Below, in pieces: positions 11,703 to 28,559 of a DNA stretch of 64,000 nt (the first letter of the stretch is position 1; each line of letters starts with the position of its first letter). The stretch spans positions 2,506 to 66,505 of the forward strand of contig LWCA01000052.1 in the NCBI GenBank assembly GCA_001642005.1. The letters are read 5' to 3'. This DNA comes from Intoshia linei (Eukaryota > Animalia > Orthonectida). The notes beneath the pieces were generated by a model, which did not search any database, had not been told where the DNA came from, and saw only the letters and a program-made list of their open reading frames with translations. The position numbers were made by a program, and so were the translations under genes.

Positions 11703-13384
11703 ATGAAGAGAAAATACAGCAATTCAAATAACATAAATGGGTCCAAGAGACGCAGGTCCAGCTTAGCTTATATGAGAGATATAAAAAGTAATATAAAACT
11801 AATTAAAATTTAACCTATATAGTTGATACAAATGTTATAATGCAACATGAACCGGGAATATTATGCACGGTTGGGCAAGGAGACATAGGTCAACTAGGAT
11901 TAGGTCCAGATGTACTAGAATTGAAAAAACCTAGAATAGTTGATTTTGGAGAAAATGTGAGTCAAGTAGTTTGTGGTGGGATGCATACTGTAGTTTTGAC
12001 CGTAACCAACAAACTGTATACCTTTGGATGCAGCGATGAAGGAGCTCTCGGAAGAAATATTTTGGCCGAAAATGAAACTAGTACCGATGCCGATAGAACA
12101 ATGGAGTGTGTACCCGGAATAGTTAAAATACCAAACAGCAATAAAATTATACAAATTTCCGCGGGTGATTCTCATACTGCTGTTCTCGATTGTGACGGAA
12201 ACGTTTTCATGTGGGGTTGTTTTAGGGTACTTTTATTGTCTATTAACTTTATAATTTATATTTTTTACTTTTAAGGACTCTAGTGGAGTTATTGGATTAA
12301 TTAAAGAAAGCGAAATTGAAACTAAACCAATAATTATGAAATTCAAAAAAACTATAAAAATCAGCTCTGGGTCAAATCATATTGCCCTATTAACAGACAA
12401 TGGAGAAATTTACACAGCAGGTTGAATTTGATTTAATTTTTAAATAATTAATGCAGGTGCAGCCGAGCAGGGTCAATTGGGTCGTGTAGCAGAATATTTT
12501 GTCAACAGAGGTGGAAGAAAAGGAATAAAAAGTAATGTTACATTTATTTTATGATTTATAAATTAGACACACTTTTAAACTTGCAAAAAATTAAAGTTGT
12601 CGGATCAAAAAAAATTTACTTTACTGACGTTTGGTGTGGAGCGTTTGGTACTTATGCATATTCATCCAACGAGAGACTTTTTGCGTGGGGATTAAATAAC
12701 TTTAATCAGCTTGGAACAGATTTTAATAATAATCAATTTATTCCAGTCGAGATCAATCTTCCGTTCGAGGGAAAACCCAATAATATCGCTGTAGGTCAAC
12801 ATCACACTCTTATTTCCAGTCAAAGCGGAATCGTTTATTCTTTAGGTCGATATGATTATGGACGACTCGGTGTTGGGGAAAAGGATATGAAAAGAGAAGA
12901 ATTTGTCCATAAACCTACGAAAATAGACTCATCGTTATTATACACATATATTGCTTGCGGTGAAATTGTATCTTTTGCTATCGATAAATCCGGTAAGACA
13001 TATGCTTGGGGAATGGGGACCAATGGCCAATTGTCTCAGAATGATGAAGAAGATATTTATTCACCAACTCTTATGAAAGGAAAAAACATTGTCAATAGGT
13101 TTGTTTTAATTTTTTACTGCTTTAAATGTGGCCTAGTTGACGTCATTTTTTTGATAATCCAAATGATAAAAAAATAATTCCTCGGTTTTTTAAACAGCTT
13201 GGTAAAATCGGGGTTTCTAGTTAAATTTTATTAACTATTTAAAATTTAAATTTAAGTAAAATTCAAAATTATTAACTAAAACTTTTATACTGTCTTTGTA
13301 CTTTTATTTTAATATAGGAAATGCTATGCTGTATCATCCGGTGGACAACATACTGCTTTAATCGTTTCCAAAGATAATATTTAA
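11703..13384 (+). CDS. RCC1: Regulator of chromosome condensation 1 (Ran GEF), multi-exon
   Basis: N-terminal basic NLS (MKRK...KRRR). RCC1 repeats GQGDIGQLGLG, CGGMHT, FGCSDEGALGR, SAGDSH, WGCFR|DSSG, AEQGQLGR, WGLNNFNQLG, GRYDYGRLG, WGMGTNGQL, and SSGGQHT in the last exon. Confidence 0.92.
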
Positions 13385-13492
13385 TTTTGATTTTTTTCAA
13401 GCTTTGTAATATTGTAAATATTCTGTTCCAAAATTTATTTAAATTTTAACCTATTCGGTTAACGCAATATTAATTAATAAAGTTATATTTTA

Positions 13493-16400
13493 ATGCCTAC
13501 CTTTGTTAAAACGCGCAATGTTAATGTTAATTTTCCGTTTGAACCATATCCGTCCCAAATTGATTACATGTCAAAGGTTTTGGAATGTTTGGTAATTTGC
13601 ATGTGTGTATTTTTGTTTATATTATTTAGCAAGATGGTTCTAACGGTTTACTAGAATCACCAACTGGTACAGGCAAAACTTTGTGTTTGTTGTGTTCTTC
13701 GCTTGCATGGCTAGAAAATAAGAAAGCTCAAGTCCAAAACAAAAAATTTGTTGAAATTAACAAGGAAGCTTTAAATATGCCCAATTTAGATGACTATAGG
13801 CATCATTTAACTCAAAACCTTGATAAAGCGTGTGGTAATTGATATATCATTTTTCCCAAGTTATTTTTAATGCAGAAAATATAATAATCATGCGAAATTA
13901 AAATAATAAAACTTGAAAATATTAATAACAGTTATTTTTAATTTATATGCTTAAAAAAATGTTTTTTCATATTTGAAGATTTTAGAATATATTTTTGATT
14001 TCAATTAAAAAAAATCGTAACGGCTAAGATTGATTTTTTTAGTTTTCTACCCTCCATTCTTAATTTAAATATTTAATAATATTTATCTGAATCCTGTTTA
14101 ATCATACATGTATACTAGGGTGTCAATTTTTTTTAAAATTGAAACGTAGCAGAAATATCAATTGAAATTATTTCATTTAAAGAATGCCGTTTAAATTTTA
14201 CAAAAATAATTAATATTGAAGTCTTTGTTATAATGTATATGAGTAATGTTTTTATAATTTTCTCTTTCGATTTGTTTTTGTTTTTTTTCTGATATCATTG
14301 GATTTTCTAATTGATTCCAAATATGGATGATTTATAGTAGTGGATGGTTTTGAAAATTAAAGAATTCAATATCCTCAAAGTGTGTCTTAGATAAGTGGTC
14401 ATCTTTTGCGACTGAAAAAATATTATCTAATTTATTACGATATACTTGAGCTCTGGGTAATGTTGAACTTGGTAGAATAATTCGATATTCACCAAACAAT
14501 TTTTTGATTTTATATTCAATTTTAATTAATGATGTTATATTTAAGCCAGTTTTATTATAAATGGAAAGAACTTCTTTCGATATTTGTCGAAATGGGCGTA
14601 CCTTCTTTGTTTCTGTTAACCATAATAACCTCTGCAATACATTTATTAGTGTACCCATTTTTCTATCATTGAAATTAAATGAAATCAATTTGCAATGATA
14701 ATGTTTCCATTTCTTTGAGACATTTTAAAATGATTAAAAGATAAATTAGTACGAAATATAACTTTTTTTTATTATAAATATTAAAACGAGAACCGCGAAT
14801 TCGTTTATGATTATTTTTATCAATTTTTTACGGGTATATGCTTAAAATAATATTTTAATTCAATTTAAATCTACACTTTTATCAAAAACAAAAAAAGTTG
14901 ACACCCTAATGTATATGAACATTATATTCTAACTTGACCCTACCAAAAACTACGTTTAACAGACTTGCATGAAATCCCACTGTTAATGATTTAGTAGTCA
15001 CTTGAATTAAATTGATATTTTATATTTAGGAAATTATCATTGCGAGAATAACCCAAAAATTATATATGCAACTCGGACACACTCACAAATATCTCAAGTA
15101 ATGTCGGAACTGAAAAAGACGGCCTATTCACATTTTAAAACGACAATTTTAGCATCTCGAAGTAGATATTGTATCCACCCTGTAGTATCAAAAGAAACTC
15201 ATGATGCTGCTAGAAATTCTTTGTGTTCCCTAAAAGTTAAAACTAGAAAATGTATATATTACAATAGAGTTGAAAATAATTTGGGTAATTTTGACAAAAT
15301 TTACACTTTGGATGAAATGGTGACTAAATCTACCAAACTGGGGGTGTGTCCATATTTTACATCGCGAGAAATGCAAAGGAATGCAGATATAATTTTTGTT
15401 CCTTACAATTATTTGTTAAGTCAAGACATGCGGAAAGTTCACGACATTGACGTAAAAGATTGTATAATAATTTTTGACGAAGCACACAATTTGGAGGGGT
15501 TTTGCGAAGATAACTTATCGGTCGAATTCACTTCAATAGACGTAGCATTATCGATTCGTGATATTGTGGATATAACACCAATTTTTTTGAGTGAACAAGA
15601 GTTTGTTAAAGATAAACTTGAAACAAAGGGTGATAAGAAAACTAATGAACCATTAAAAATTTCTCATTTAATTAAAGTAAAACAAATTCTCGAAATAATT
15701 GAAAAAGAGTTGGAAGCTATTCAATTATCTGGCGATCCGCCGTCAATGACTTACCCTGGAAATTACATTTACACATTTTTAGATAAAGCTGGGATACATC
15801 AAGGTAACAAACGGTCCATTTTGCACAATATGGAAGTTATTATTGATTATATAACAGATAAATTTGACGGTGGAATAAAAACCAAAGGAAATGGGCTGAA
15901 TAAAATGTATAAAGTTTTCAAGTCCATTTTGCGTAAATCTACCAAGGACAATGACAATATATTGAATTATAAAATTTATATTGAAGAAGTAGACCCTAAA
16001 CAAAAATATCAAAATTCTAATTTTACAAATAAATACAAAAGTCTCAATTTCTGGTGTTTTAATTCAGCTGAATCAATGCAAGATTTAATGAGTTGTGGAA
16101 CTGTATCAATTATTCTTACGAGTGGCACTCTTTCTCCGTTTAATTCATTCAAATATATGATGGGAATAGATTTCAAGGTTACCTTACAAAACTCGCATGT
16201 TATCGACAACGATCAAATGTTGATTAGAGTCGTACCACAAGGACCAGATCAAACTTTTTTAAACCCTTCCTATAAAACCAGATTTTCTCAGAAATACCAA
16301 GATTCATTAGGCAATACTATAATCAATTTTTGTCGACATTGTCGGGATGGTTTTCTTATATTTTTTCAATCTTACAGTTTTTTAAATTTAATCATTTCAA

Positions 16401-17501
16401 GTTGGAAGACTTCGGGTATTTATGCGAGATTGGAAAAATTAAAAAATATTTACGTTGAACCTAGAAACAAGGGAGAATTGTCTGTTTTTATGCAGGACTT
16501 TTATTCCAGTATAGACCAAAACGTGAAAACTGGTTCGATTTTTATAGCAGTTTGTGGAGGAAAAGTTAGCGAAGGAATCGATTTTTCTGATAAATATGGT
16601 AGATGTGTCGTTTTGATTGGTATACCGTTTCCCCCCAAAAATGATCCACGCATTTCTCTGAAAATAAAACATTTAAATTCTAAAAAAGATGTCGATTTAA
16701 CTGGACAAGAATGGTATACTCAACAAGCGTACCGTTCTGCCAATCAGGCTATAGGAAGAATTATTAGGCACAGGCACGATTTTGGTTGCATTTTTGTTTT
16801 TAATGTTTATATATTTATTTTTAGGTGTAATTTTATTGGTGGACCAGCGATACACGTCAAAATTTTCGCAGGATCAGTTACCCAAATGGATACAAAAAAA
16901 TGTTCGCGTTTACAATTCCTTTAGTAGTTCTATAGGCGAATTGATTCGATTTTTTAAAACTAGAAATTCAAAATGTTTCCCCAAGTCTGAACTTAAAGAA
17001 TTGACACAAATTGAAAATGATGTACCTTCGACTTCCACTATGAACACTAGTCTGAAAATTAATATCAAGAATCTTAAAAGAAATAAATCTATAGATGAGG
17101 TTCATTTTTTAATTTTCTGCTTCTACAATTGTAGTACATACAAATGGTATATTTAATTTTTATGTTTGATTTACAGAAATATCAAATTCCTCAGAAAGTA
17201 CCGTTAAAATTGAATAATTCTATGAATTATCTTGGAGAAATTAGAAAATTTTTGAGTAATGATGAATACGAATGTTTTTCAACTATTTTGAAATTGTATA
17301 AACAGGATCAAAATATTTTAAAAGTTATTCAAGAGTTGACCACTTTATTTCTAACTAAAAAGGAACGCAATTTTTTGTACAGAGGTTTATATTCATTTTC
17401 TTTTATTTTAAATCTTTTTTTTAGATTTTTCTCAATTTGTCCGCAAGAGTCAACAAAAAACTTTTAACGACAGTTGGGATAAATTTGTTTGCAATATATG
17501 A
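13493..17501 (+). CDS. RTEL1: Regulator of telomere elongation helicase 1 (XPD-family Fe-S helicase), multi-exon
   Basis: [49 protein letters not shown], Fe-S cysteines, [56 protein letters not shown]-terminal harmonin-N-like helical domain supports RTEL1 over FANCJ. Confidence 0.88.
14116..14908. mobile_element. TIR DNA transposon remnant in an RTEL1 intron, carrying a 118-aa ORF fragment (14332-14688, -)
   Basis: TAGGGTGTCAATTTTTTT at 14116 and AAAAAAAGTTGACACCCTA ending at 14908. Superfamily not assigned. Confidence 0.7.
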
Positions 17502-17566
17502 ACAAATATTTAATGTATAATAAATTTATTACATAGGTTCAAGTTTCGTGAGTTATCTGGATTTAT

Positions 17567-20500
17567 TTAATCTTCTTCTTCGTCTTCTTCTTCACCTAAT
17601 TTTATCGTGTAGTTTTTAATTTTTAATTAATTATTAAATTTATTTTGTTAGTCATTTTATATATTTATTTTACGAAATCTTTGAGGGAGAACAAAATTAA
17701 AGAAAAGAATAAAAACCTTATTTTTAATTTGGGTAGAATTTCTCATTTTATAAAACTAATTCTGGAAAAAATCATATTTTTTTTATTTATATTTAGAACA
17801 GGAAATATCATTTTATGATATTTTCTTGAGAAAAACCAATTATTTAAAAAAAAACAACTATATCTAAATCCTTCGAAATACACACGTTGTGAAACTTTTT
17901 ACAGAAAAACAAATCAATATATAGAATCGTACCCGAGGCTCCTCTTCAGGACCTCGACGGAATATTTGTAAAATATCAAATTTAGCATTTAAAATATTTT
18001 ATTCTTTATTATTATAATAGTTATTGGTGTTAAATTTAAAATGTCAAGTCAACACCTCGTTTGCAATACAAAGCATAGTTTACGAAAATTGTGTTAGGGT
18101 CTATTTCAATTTCCATGGCTTCGCGATGGATAGATTCTGCTCTGTATTTATATGTTAAATAGAAATCTTACTTTTATATAAATTTTTTTATGAAAAAGTT
18201 TTATAAACTGATTTTTTTTTTATAAAAAAATTAATATTTTCACATTTCTGGAAATCTGCTTCTTTAATAAAATGTTTCTATAAAAAATATTTGACACAAA
18301 AATCGCAATGAAACTTTTTAAATAAAAATAAAATTTTTTAAATGTTAATAGCAAAACATAATATTGCTTTAATTTAGATACAAACTAAATTTTCAAGAAA
18401 AACTAATTTTTACTATGTCTAAAAAACTAATTACACATATGTATTCTCAATTTTACAAAAAATTAATTATTGACGAGTCTGACCGTTCATCTAAATTTTT
18501 GAAAATATCAATGTCTATGAAACTAATTATTGAAAAAATGAAATTAATATAGATTTGAAGAAAATATATAGATTAAAATGTTAATAATATCGAATTTCGT
18601 TAGAAATCTCAATTTTATGAGATTTTGCTCAGAAAAAATGAAATTTGAAAAATACAAAAGTTTAACATTATACATTTAACGGGAAAACCTTATTGTAGAG
18701 CTAGGGTTCTCACACTTTTTTCACCGCAAATCTGTTATTTCATATAAAATTTATCTGGGCCGCTAAAACGAAATTACTGTGTAAAATTTAAAAAAATACG
18801 ATTATATAAATTTAATAATTAAAATATTTATTGTCAAAAAATTTTAAAAAAACTTTTTGTAGAAAAATTTATTTTTACTTCATTTGATGAAAATATTTCA
18901 TTTTACATTAATTTTGTATGAAATAGTACTTGACATAAAAAATTTTGACTATAATTCAAATATAATGTATGTCGAAAAAGCCCTTTTCATAAAACTTAAG
19001 ACTTTAAAACATGTATAAATAACTTTTTAGAGATAAATCAAATTTTAATAGCATTTGACACTCAAGTACAATTTTATAAATTGACTAAATCAAAATCCCA
19101 ATTATTACTAAAATTGATGATAAATACCCATTTTTTTAAGCATTTCCGAGAAATATTAAATTTTACTGCACTTGACATGCAATGTTCGAGAGAAAAACCA
19201 ATGTAGTATATAAAAATTATCAAATAATATTATTAAAATTTCATAAAACAACTTTCGATCTTTTTTCTGGGGTATACGGGGTGTTATTATCCAAAATTAT
19301 ATGAAAAATTAAACAGGATCAATGATCTGTTTCAAATCAAATTTGCATATTTTAATTTCTAAAATTACCTTCTTCTTCCATTTCTGCGGCAATATCGGCA
19401 GCTTCTTGTTGGGCAGCACGCAGTGAAGCCTATATTTAGTTTACATGTTTTAATCTTTAAATAATGTTACCTCTTCTTCAGGGGTCGGATCATCTGCTTC
19501 CGTAATTTCTGGACCACTTGGATATTCAGTCATTAACATTGGTAGTAATACTGGATCAAAGTTTTCGCCAAGGTATTTTAATCCCCAACCAACGTAAATA
19601 TTTTCAAACTTTTTTTCGACGGCATAAGCAACGGCTCCCGGCCATAAATTTGATCGTATTACTGCAATAGAATATTGTGGAATAAGCCCACTAGACAAAC
19701 TTGTTGACCATGGACTAATAAATTTAATTTCAGCATCCTCTGAAAGTGGATTCAATAATGGTGGACCCGTTTCCGGCACTGGTGCATCTTCACTTTCTTC
19801 CTCCAATTCTTCTTCGTCCTCTTCAAATGCATCAGGTTGTTTTTGAACAGGATTCCACCATGTGCAACGGCCTTGTGGTAAAATATGCTGTACATGATGT
19901 ACCCAATTAGCTAATGAAACGTCGCATAATTCACGAATTGGCATGGGTTCGAAATCTACATTTACCATAAATGTATCTCGGCCATCGCTTTCCTCTAATT
20001 CCTCTTCTTCCTCATCGTCAAATTGATAATATCCTAATGGAGAAATTTGAGTTCCAGCACTGATTCTTGCTATTTGGGAACGTAGGTAATTTGATTCGTT
20101 ACCTGGGAAAGGAGGGTAGCTATTTATCTTTGAGTTTAAATTTCCACTGAAAAATGAACGAATTTGTCTTGAAATGTTTATTTGAATTGGTGTGACATAC
20201 TAAAATCTTGAAATTAAACTTTTTTAGAAAATTTAAATTTTACAAGTTTGAATTAGCATTTAGACCAGTGTTTCCCAACCCATTTGGCGTTATCGCCCAT
20301 TTTTTAAAATTTTATATATTATTTTTATCGCCCATTAAAAATAAAATTTTAATTTCAAAATTTAAAGTTCTATATATTGTATGCACGAACAAATACATTT
20401 ATTTTTAGATCTAATATGTCAATGAATCTACTTTCTATGTCTTTTTTGGGATCATTGATGTGATCAACAAATTTCTTTATATCAGTACAATTTATTTCGT

Positions 20501-23041
20501 TTTTTATAGAATGCAATCTAGGAAGTTGGTATAATTCCTTTTTTGCTAAATTATAACTAAAGATTTCTAATTTTTTAATAAACACTGAGATAATTTTGTT
20601 GCAGCATATCAGTGTCAAACTATTTTCTATCTTACTTACTACACAGATAATTGGTGTTAGATAATTTATATTTTCAAACTCTTAATAAATTAATTATTGT
20701 TCAAATTAATTCAATTTTTTCTTATTTGATAAAATTGAAAATTTAATTTGTTGAAAAAAATTAAAAAAATATATTTTTTTTATATATTTTCGCATTGGTC
20801 AGTAAAAAAGTCGAAATCGCCTACTATTGAGATTGGGAAACACTAATCTAGACTTTATTTATAAAAAAATATTCAAAATTTGAAAAAATGCGTACAATTT
20901 TCATGTGTTGAATACAACTGATCCACAGTGCAGTCAATCCAAAAATTAATCAATTATAATAGAAAATAATATTTCTAATCTAATCGAAATCTCCTAAAAT
21001 TTCGAATTTATTATAAAGTTTAAAGTATAAACTTTATAGGGTAACATTGAAAATTTTTAAAATATTTCTTTAAAAAATTATAATATAATATAAATAATAA
21101 ATTTAAATAAAATTTCCAAAAATCTCAAGATTTGAGTGTAATATTGGCGATTTTAAAAAAAAATTTTTGAAAAAATCGCTTTTTCCAACCAATACCGAAA
21201 AAATCTCAATATGATTATAATTTTAACATCAATTTGAAAATTTTTTTGAAAAAGTATTATTTCTAATGAATACAGTTAAAATTTCCAAATTTTCTATTTT
21301 TTAGGGTAACATTGACAATTTTTGAAATATTTCTTTAAAAAAATATTATTTCTAATGAATTTAAATAAAATTTCCAAAAATCTCAAGATTTAAAAGGGTA
21401 ATATTAGCGATTTTAAAAAAATTGCTTTTTCCAACCAATACCGAAAAAATATCAAGAAAAGCTCAATATGAGTATAATTTTAAACCTAAATTTTTTTGAA
21501 AAAGTATGATTTCTAATGAATACAGTTAAAATCTCCAAAATTTAAAAAATTTCTTGAAAAAATTACTTTTTCCGTCTAATATAAAAAAGTGGAAGATGGG
21601 TATAATTTTTAACAATGTTAAAAATTTTTTGTCACACAATATTTCTAAATTTCTAATAATCTTAGATATAATTTACAAAAGTATCAGGTGATTTTAGATA
21701 ATATTAACGATTAAAAAAAAAATTTCAAAAAATTATATTTCTAGTGAATACAGTTAAAATTTCCAAAAGGCTCAAATTTACATGGTAAAATGACCGATTC
21801 TATAAAAATGTTATTTCTAATGAATCAAAATAAACCCACAAAAATTTAAAAACAAAAAATAAATATTTATAACCAAAATGAAAAAGTATAATATACATTA
21901 CCGGTAACCGCGTCCACGTTTCTCCGGGATTATTGCAAACATAGTAAATTTTCTTATTAACACCTGACCTCGGATCCTCACGTGGAACATCAACAGGTGG
22001 CTTGTAATCAGATTTAGGTAATTGATCAAACTCATTAGCCTCTTCATTCTCTTCTGCAGTTTCATCATTAACTTCTGCCTCTAAATTATTTGCATTTTGA
22101 TTTTTTGCGTTCTCATCTTCCTCTTCTTCTTCCTCTTCACCTTCTCGATATTCTGCTTCAACAATAATATAATTATTTACCGTTCCCAAAATTTTTCCCC
22201 AAAATCTAACATTTATTATAGGATGTAATTCCACAAGTTTTTTAATTGCTAGCCATATTTGCATAACTTCATTTGAATTAAATCCTACCCCAGCTTGCTT
22301 AAAATAGTAAAAGTTTTCCTGTAAATTTGGTAGTAGTTGTTCAGTTTCTTCATTTACAGCAGAGTCAATTATATCTTCCGTGTTTATTTTATATAACTCG
22401 ATTTGCTTTTCAGCCTTTTCGATGCTTTCTGGTACAGTTTCAATGGGTGTGAGTTTTGAGTCTATTTTCATTCTAAATTTTTTTTCTTCTCTACTTATAT
22501 CTTCAAAAATATCTACAACGTCATCAGGTTGTTCATCAAGAGTTCTGGTTATTACATTTACCAAGTGGTCATAAAGTGATAAATCTGAATCTACTGAGCA
22601 TTTCATTAAATACGCTTTTGCTCTTAAAAATTCTTCTTCGTCTTCTTGGTCAATGTCGTCTTCTGGTTTAATGTCCACGCCAGTATATACATTTTCTTCA
22701 TTATACTCTTCTTTGTCTTTTTCTTCTTCGCCTTCATCTTCAATGGCGTCCATGCCCATTTCGCCTTCTAACGGTGCTTTTTCTACTTGGTCATTCTCTT
22801 TTTTATCTTGAGAAACAGTTTTATCTTTATTTCCATTTTCTTTTAACAATTCACTTGTTTCTGGGTTTTCTTGTTGTAAATCTTCCTTATTAGGTTCTAT
22901 ATCATCTGATACTACATCTTCTTCTGGAGGATCTTGTACTTTTGTTATTTCTTTTTCATCAACATTTTTAATATTTTCGACATTTTTTACTTCAGTGTCT
23001 TCAGTAGGACTTAATACTTCGACTTCTTCTTTGATAGACAT
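17567..23041 (-). CDS. RSPH4A: Radial spoke head protein 4/6 homolog, multi-exon
   Basis: AKAYL...[104 protein letters not shown]. Acidic micro last exon at 17567-17596. Confidence 0.92.
20266..20845. mobile_element. hAT-family MITE in an RSPH intron
   Basis: TIRs CAGTGTTTCCCAA / TTGGGAAACACTA. 8-bp TSD atttagac/atctagac. Confidence 0.8.
20960..21840. repeat. Degenerate tandem repeat array in an RSPH intron
   Basis: Recurring tttctaatgaatacagttaaaatttccaaa, gggtaacattga and ttttccaaccaataccgaaaaa, with ~90 bp sub-units and ~250 bp higher-order units. Confidence 0.7.
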
Positions 23042-23173
23042 TTAATCGGTCTGTTTATTATAAATTGCTACGATATTTCGAAAGCCCGATAAATAAGGTA
23101 AATAATGCTTAGATATAAATAACATAATTTAATAATAAATAATACAAATTTTGAAAATATTTTGATTAATTAA

Positions 23174-26631
<3,458 letters not shown>

Positions 26632-28559
26632 TTATGTATTATTTATAATTTATAATTGATACTTTGTGAGACATTGAAATACAATTTAGTTTCATAGTAA
26701 TTTGGATTGTATGTTTCTACAACACATGTTATTTATTGATAAATTAGAAATTTAATTAATTTGATATAATACATAAATATATGTAGTATTTTAAAATGTA
26801 AATAAAATTGTATTCTTAATTATACAAAGTTGAAGAGTACGTCAAAATTATCTTTCATTAGCACCATTTATTTAATTTATATAGATTCTCATTAATTAGG
26901 TAAAAATGGAAATTTCACGGTTAAACAAGTAAATAAAATGAAATTATAAATAAAACATCGGTGTCTTTTATGTTTGAATTTGTATAGCTTATCCGTATCG
27001 TATTCCATTAAAATGTAATGCTCATTGAACATTGGTAAAATCAAACTGACTTGTTTTTTATGCAAAATAAAATCAATTTCCATATATAAAATCAATTTTA
27101 GACATGTTTCAAGTGATGAATTAAAATTTAATAGAAAGTTTTTAAATAATACATTTATTATTGTCATTTTAACATTTTCTTTTGAAAAGTTTTGTGAATA
27201 TTATGAACAATTTCCGTACAGTGTAATTTGAACTTTAAAATGAAAAGTTTAAAGTTTAAATGATACATGTATAATTCACTAATTGTTGATTATAATAAAT
27301 AAATAGTGCCATACCAAACTCTCATTAATTTGTTAAATTTTTGATGCATGAAAAAGATGATGCAAGTTACAATTAAGATTTAATCTGGTATCAAGTAGAC
27401 ATTGGAGTAATGAGTATTTAAATAGTTCACTAAATTAACTAAAATAACTCCACTTTACCCTTTTAACACTTTAAGACTCGAGAACTGCATATGCAGTTTG
27501 GAATGTGAACTTCAAATTTACTTAAACAAACTTTTTAAAAACATATCAATTTTCTTATACATTTTTTCAGGTGACTGTTGAAATTGTGGCATCATAAAAA
27601 ATAAATTTAAAACAAAAAATGTCTGACTACGAAAGTGTCAATACAGTAAATTGATAAAGTCGTTACTTTTTATCTATTTGTCAAACGTGACAAAAAGAGG
27701 CACCTGTAGGTTTTTATAAATTAGTGATATAAAGGAAAAGTTTATGAACTCAATATTGAGGAATAAATTATTGTTTATAAATCATAAATGCAATGACATG
27801 ACATTGCTCTTTAATTGTTTTTTATTGTATGCCATAAAATGTTAAATGAGTTTGTTTGCTTATTTGCATCTTTTGTTGTTTAGATTTGTTAATAGGTGTA
27901 GGACATTGACTTTTATTATCGGTTGGAATTTAATAAACTCATTAATTAACGTATTAATGATGCTAAAAAAGGAATACAAAGTGTAGTCCTATTTACATTA
28001 TAACTTATAATTTATAAGTTATACATTAAATACGACCGACTAAAATTAAATTACAACTAATTCTAACTAACCAACGCTAATTCATAGCACATCATCATAT
28101 AGTCTTATTTTTTACAGTGTATAATTACAAAAATTAAAAAGTGTATATGAAAATGCAGCGTAATAGACAAATGTGGTTATGAGCCGTAAATCTAACACAA
28201 CAACAACATTTAAGCTGAGATAGGAAATGAATCAAGTGTCTATAAATAAAAGAGTACCACCTCAAAACATATAAATAAGTTGCATTGTTTGAGTTATAAA
28301 TGTGACAATTGGATAGTCTACTATAAATAAACCGTCTGCAAAACCTGAGCTATGTGGTAATGTTATTTGTAACATTTAGCAATCGAGATCATAAAAATCG
28401 ACACAAAACTAAATTATGATGATTCGCAATGATCTTTCAGGTGTTAATTTAGGATATCCATATGCTCATCCAAAATTGACAATTACAAATATTTTGTGAT
28501 TACATCAAATTATTATACCTTGTTGACCAAAATATACCTTATAAAATATTTCCAATATA

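Noticed and set aside
20370-20618. 82-aa ORF
   Set aside because: Inside a hAT MITE; at most a decayed transposase fragment.
20960-21840. Regularly recurring motifs resembling a CRISPR array (also 29640-30300)
   Set aside because: Eukaryotic intron, degenerate units, related spacers and no cas genes: ordinary tandem repeats.
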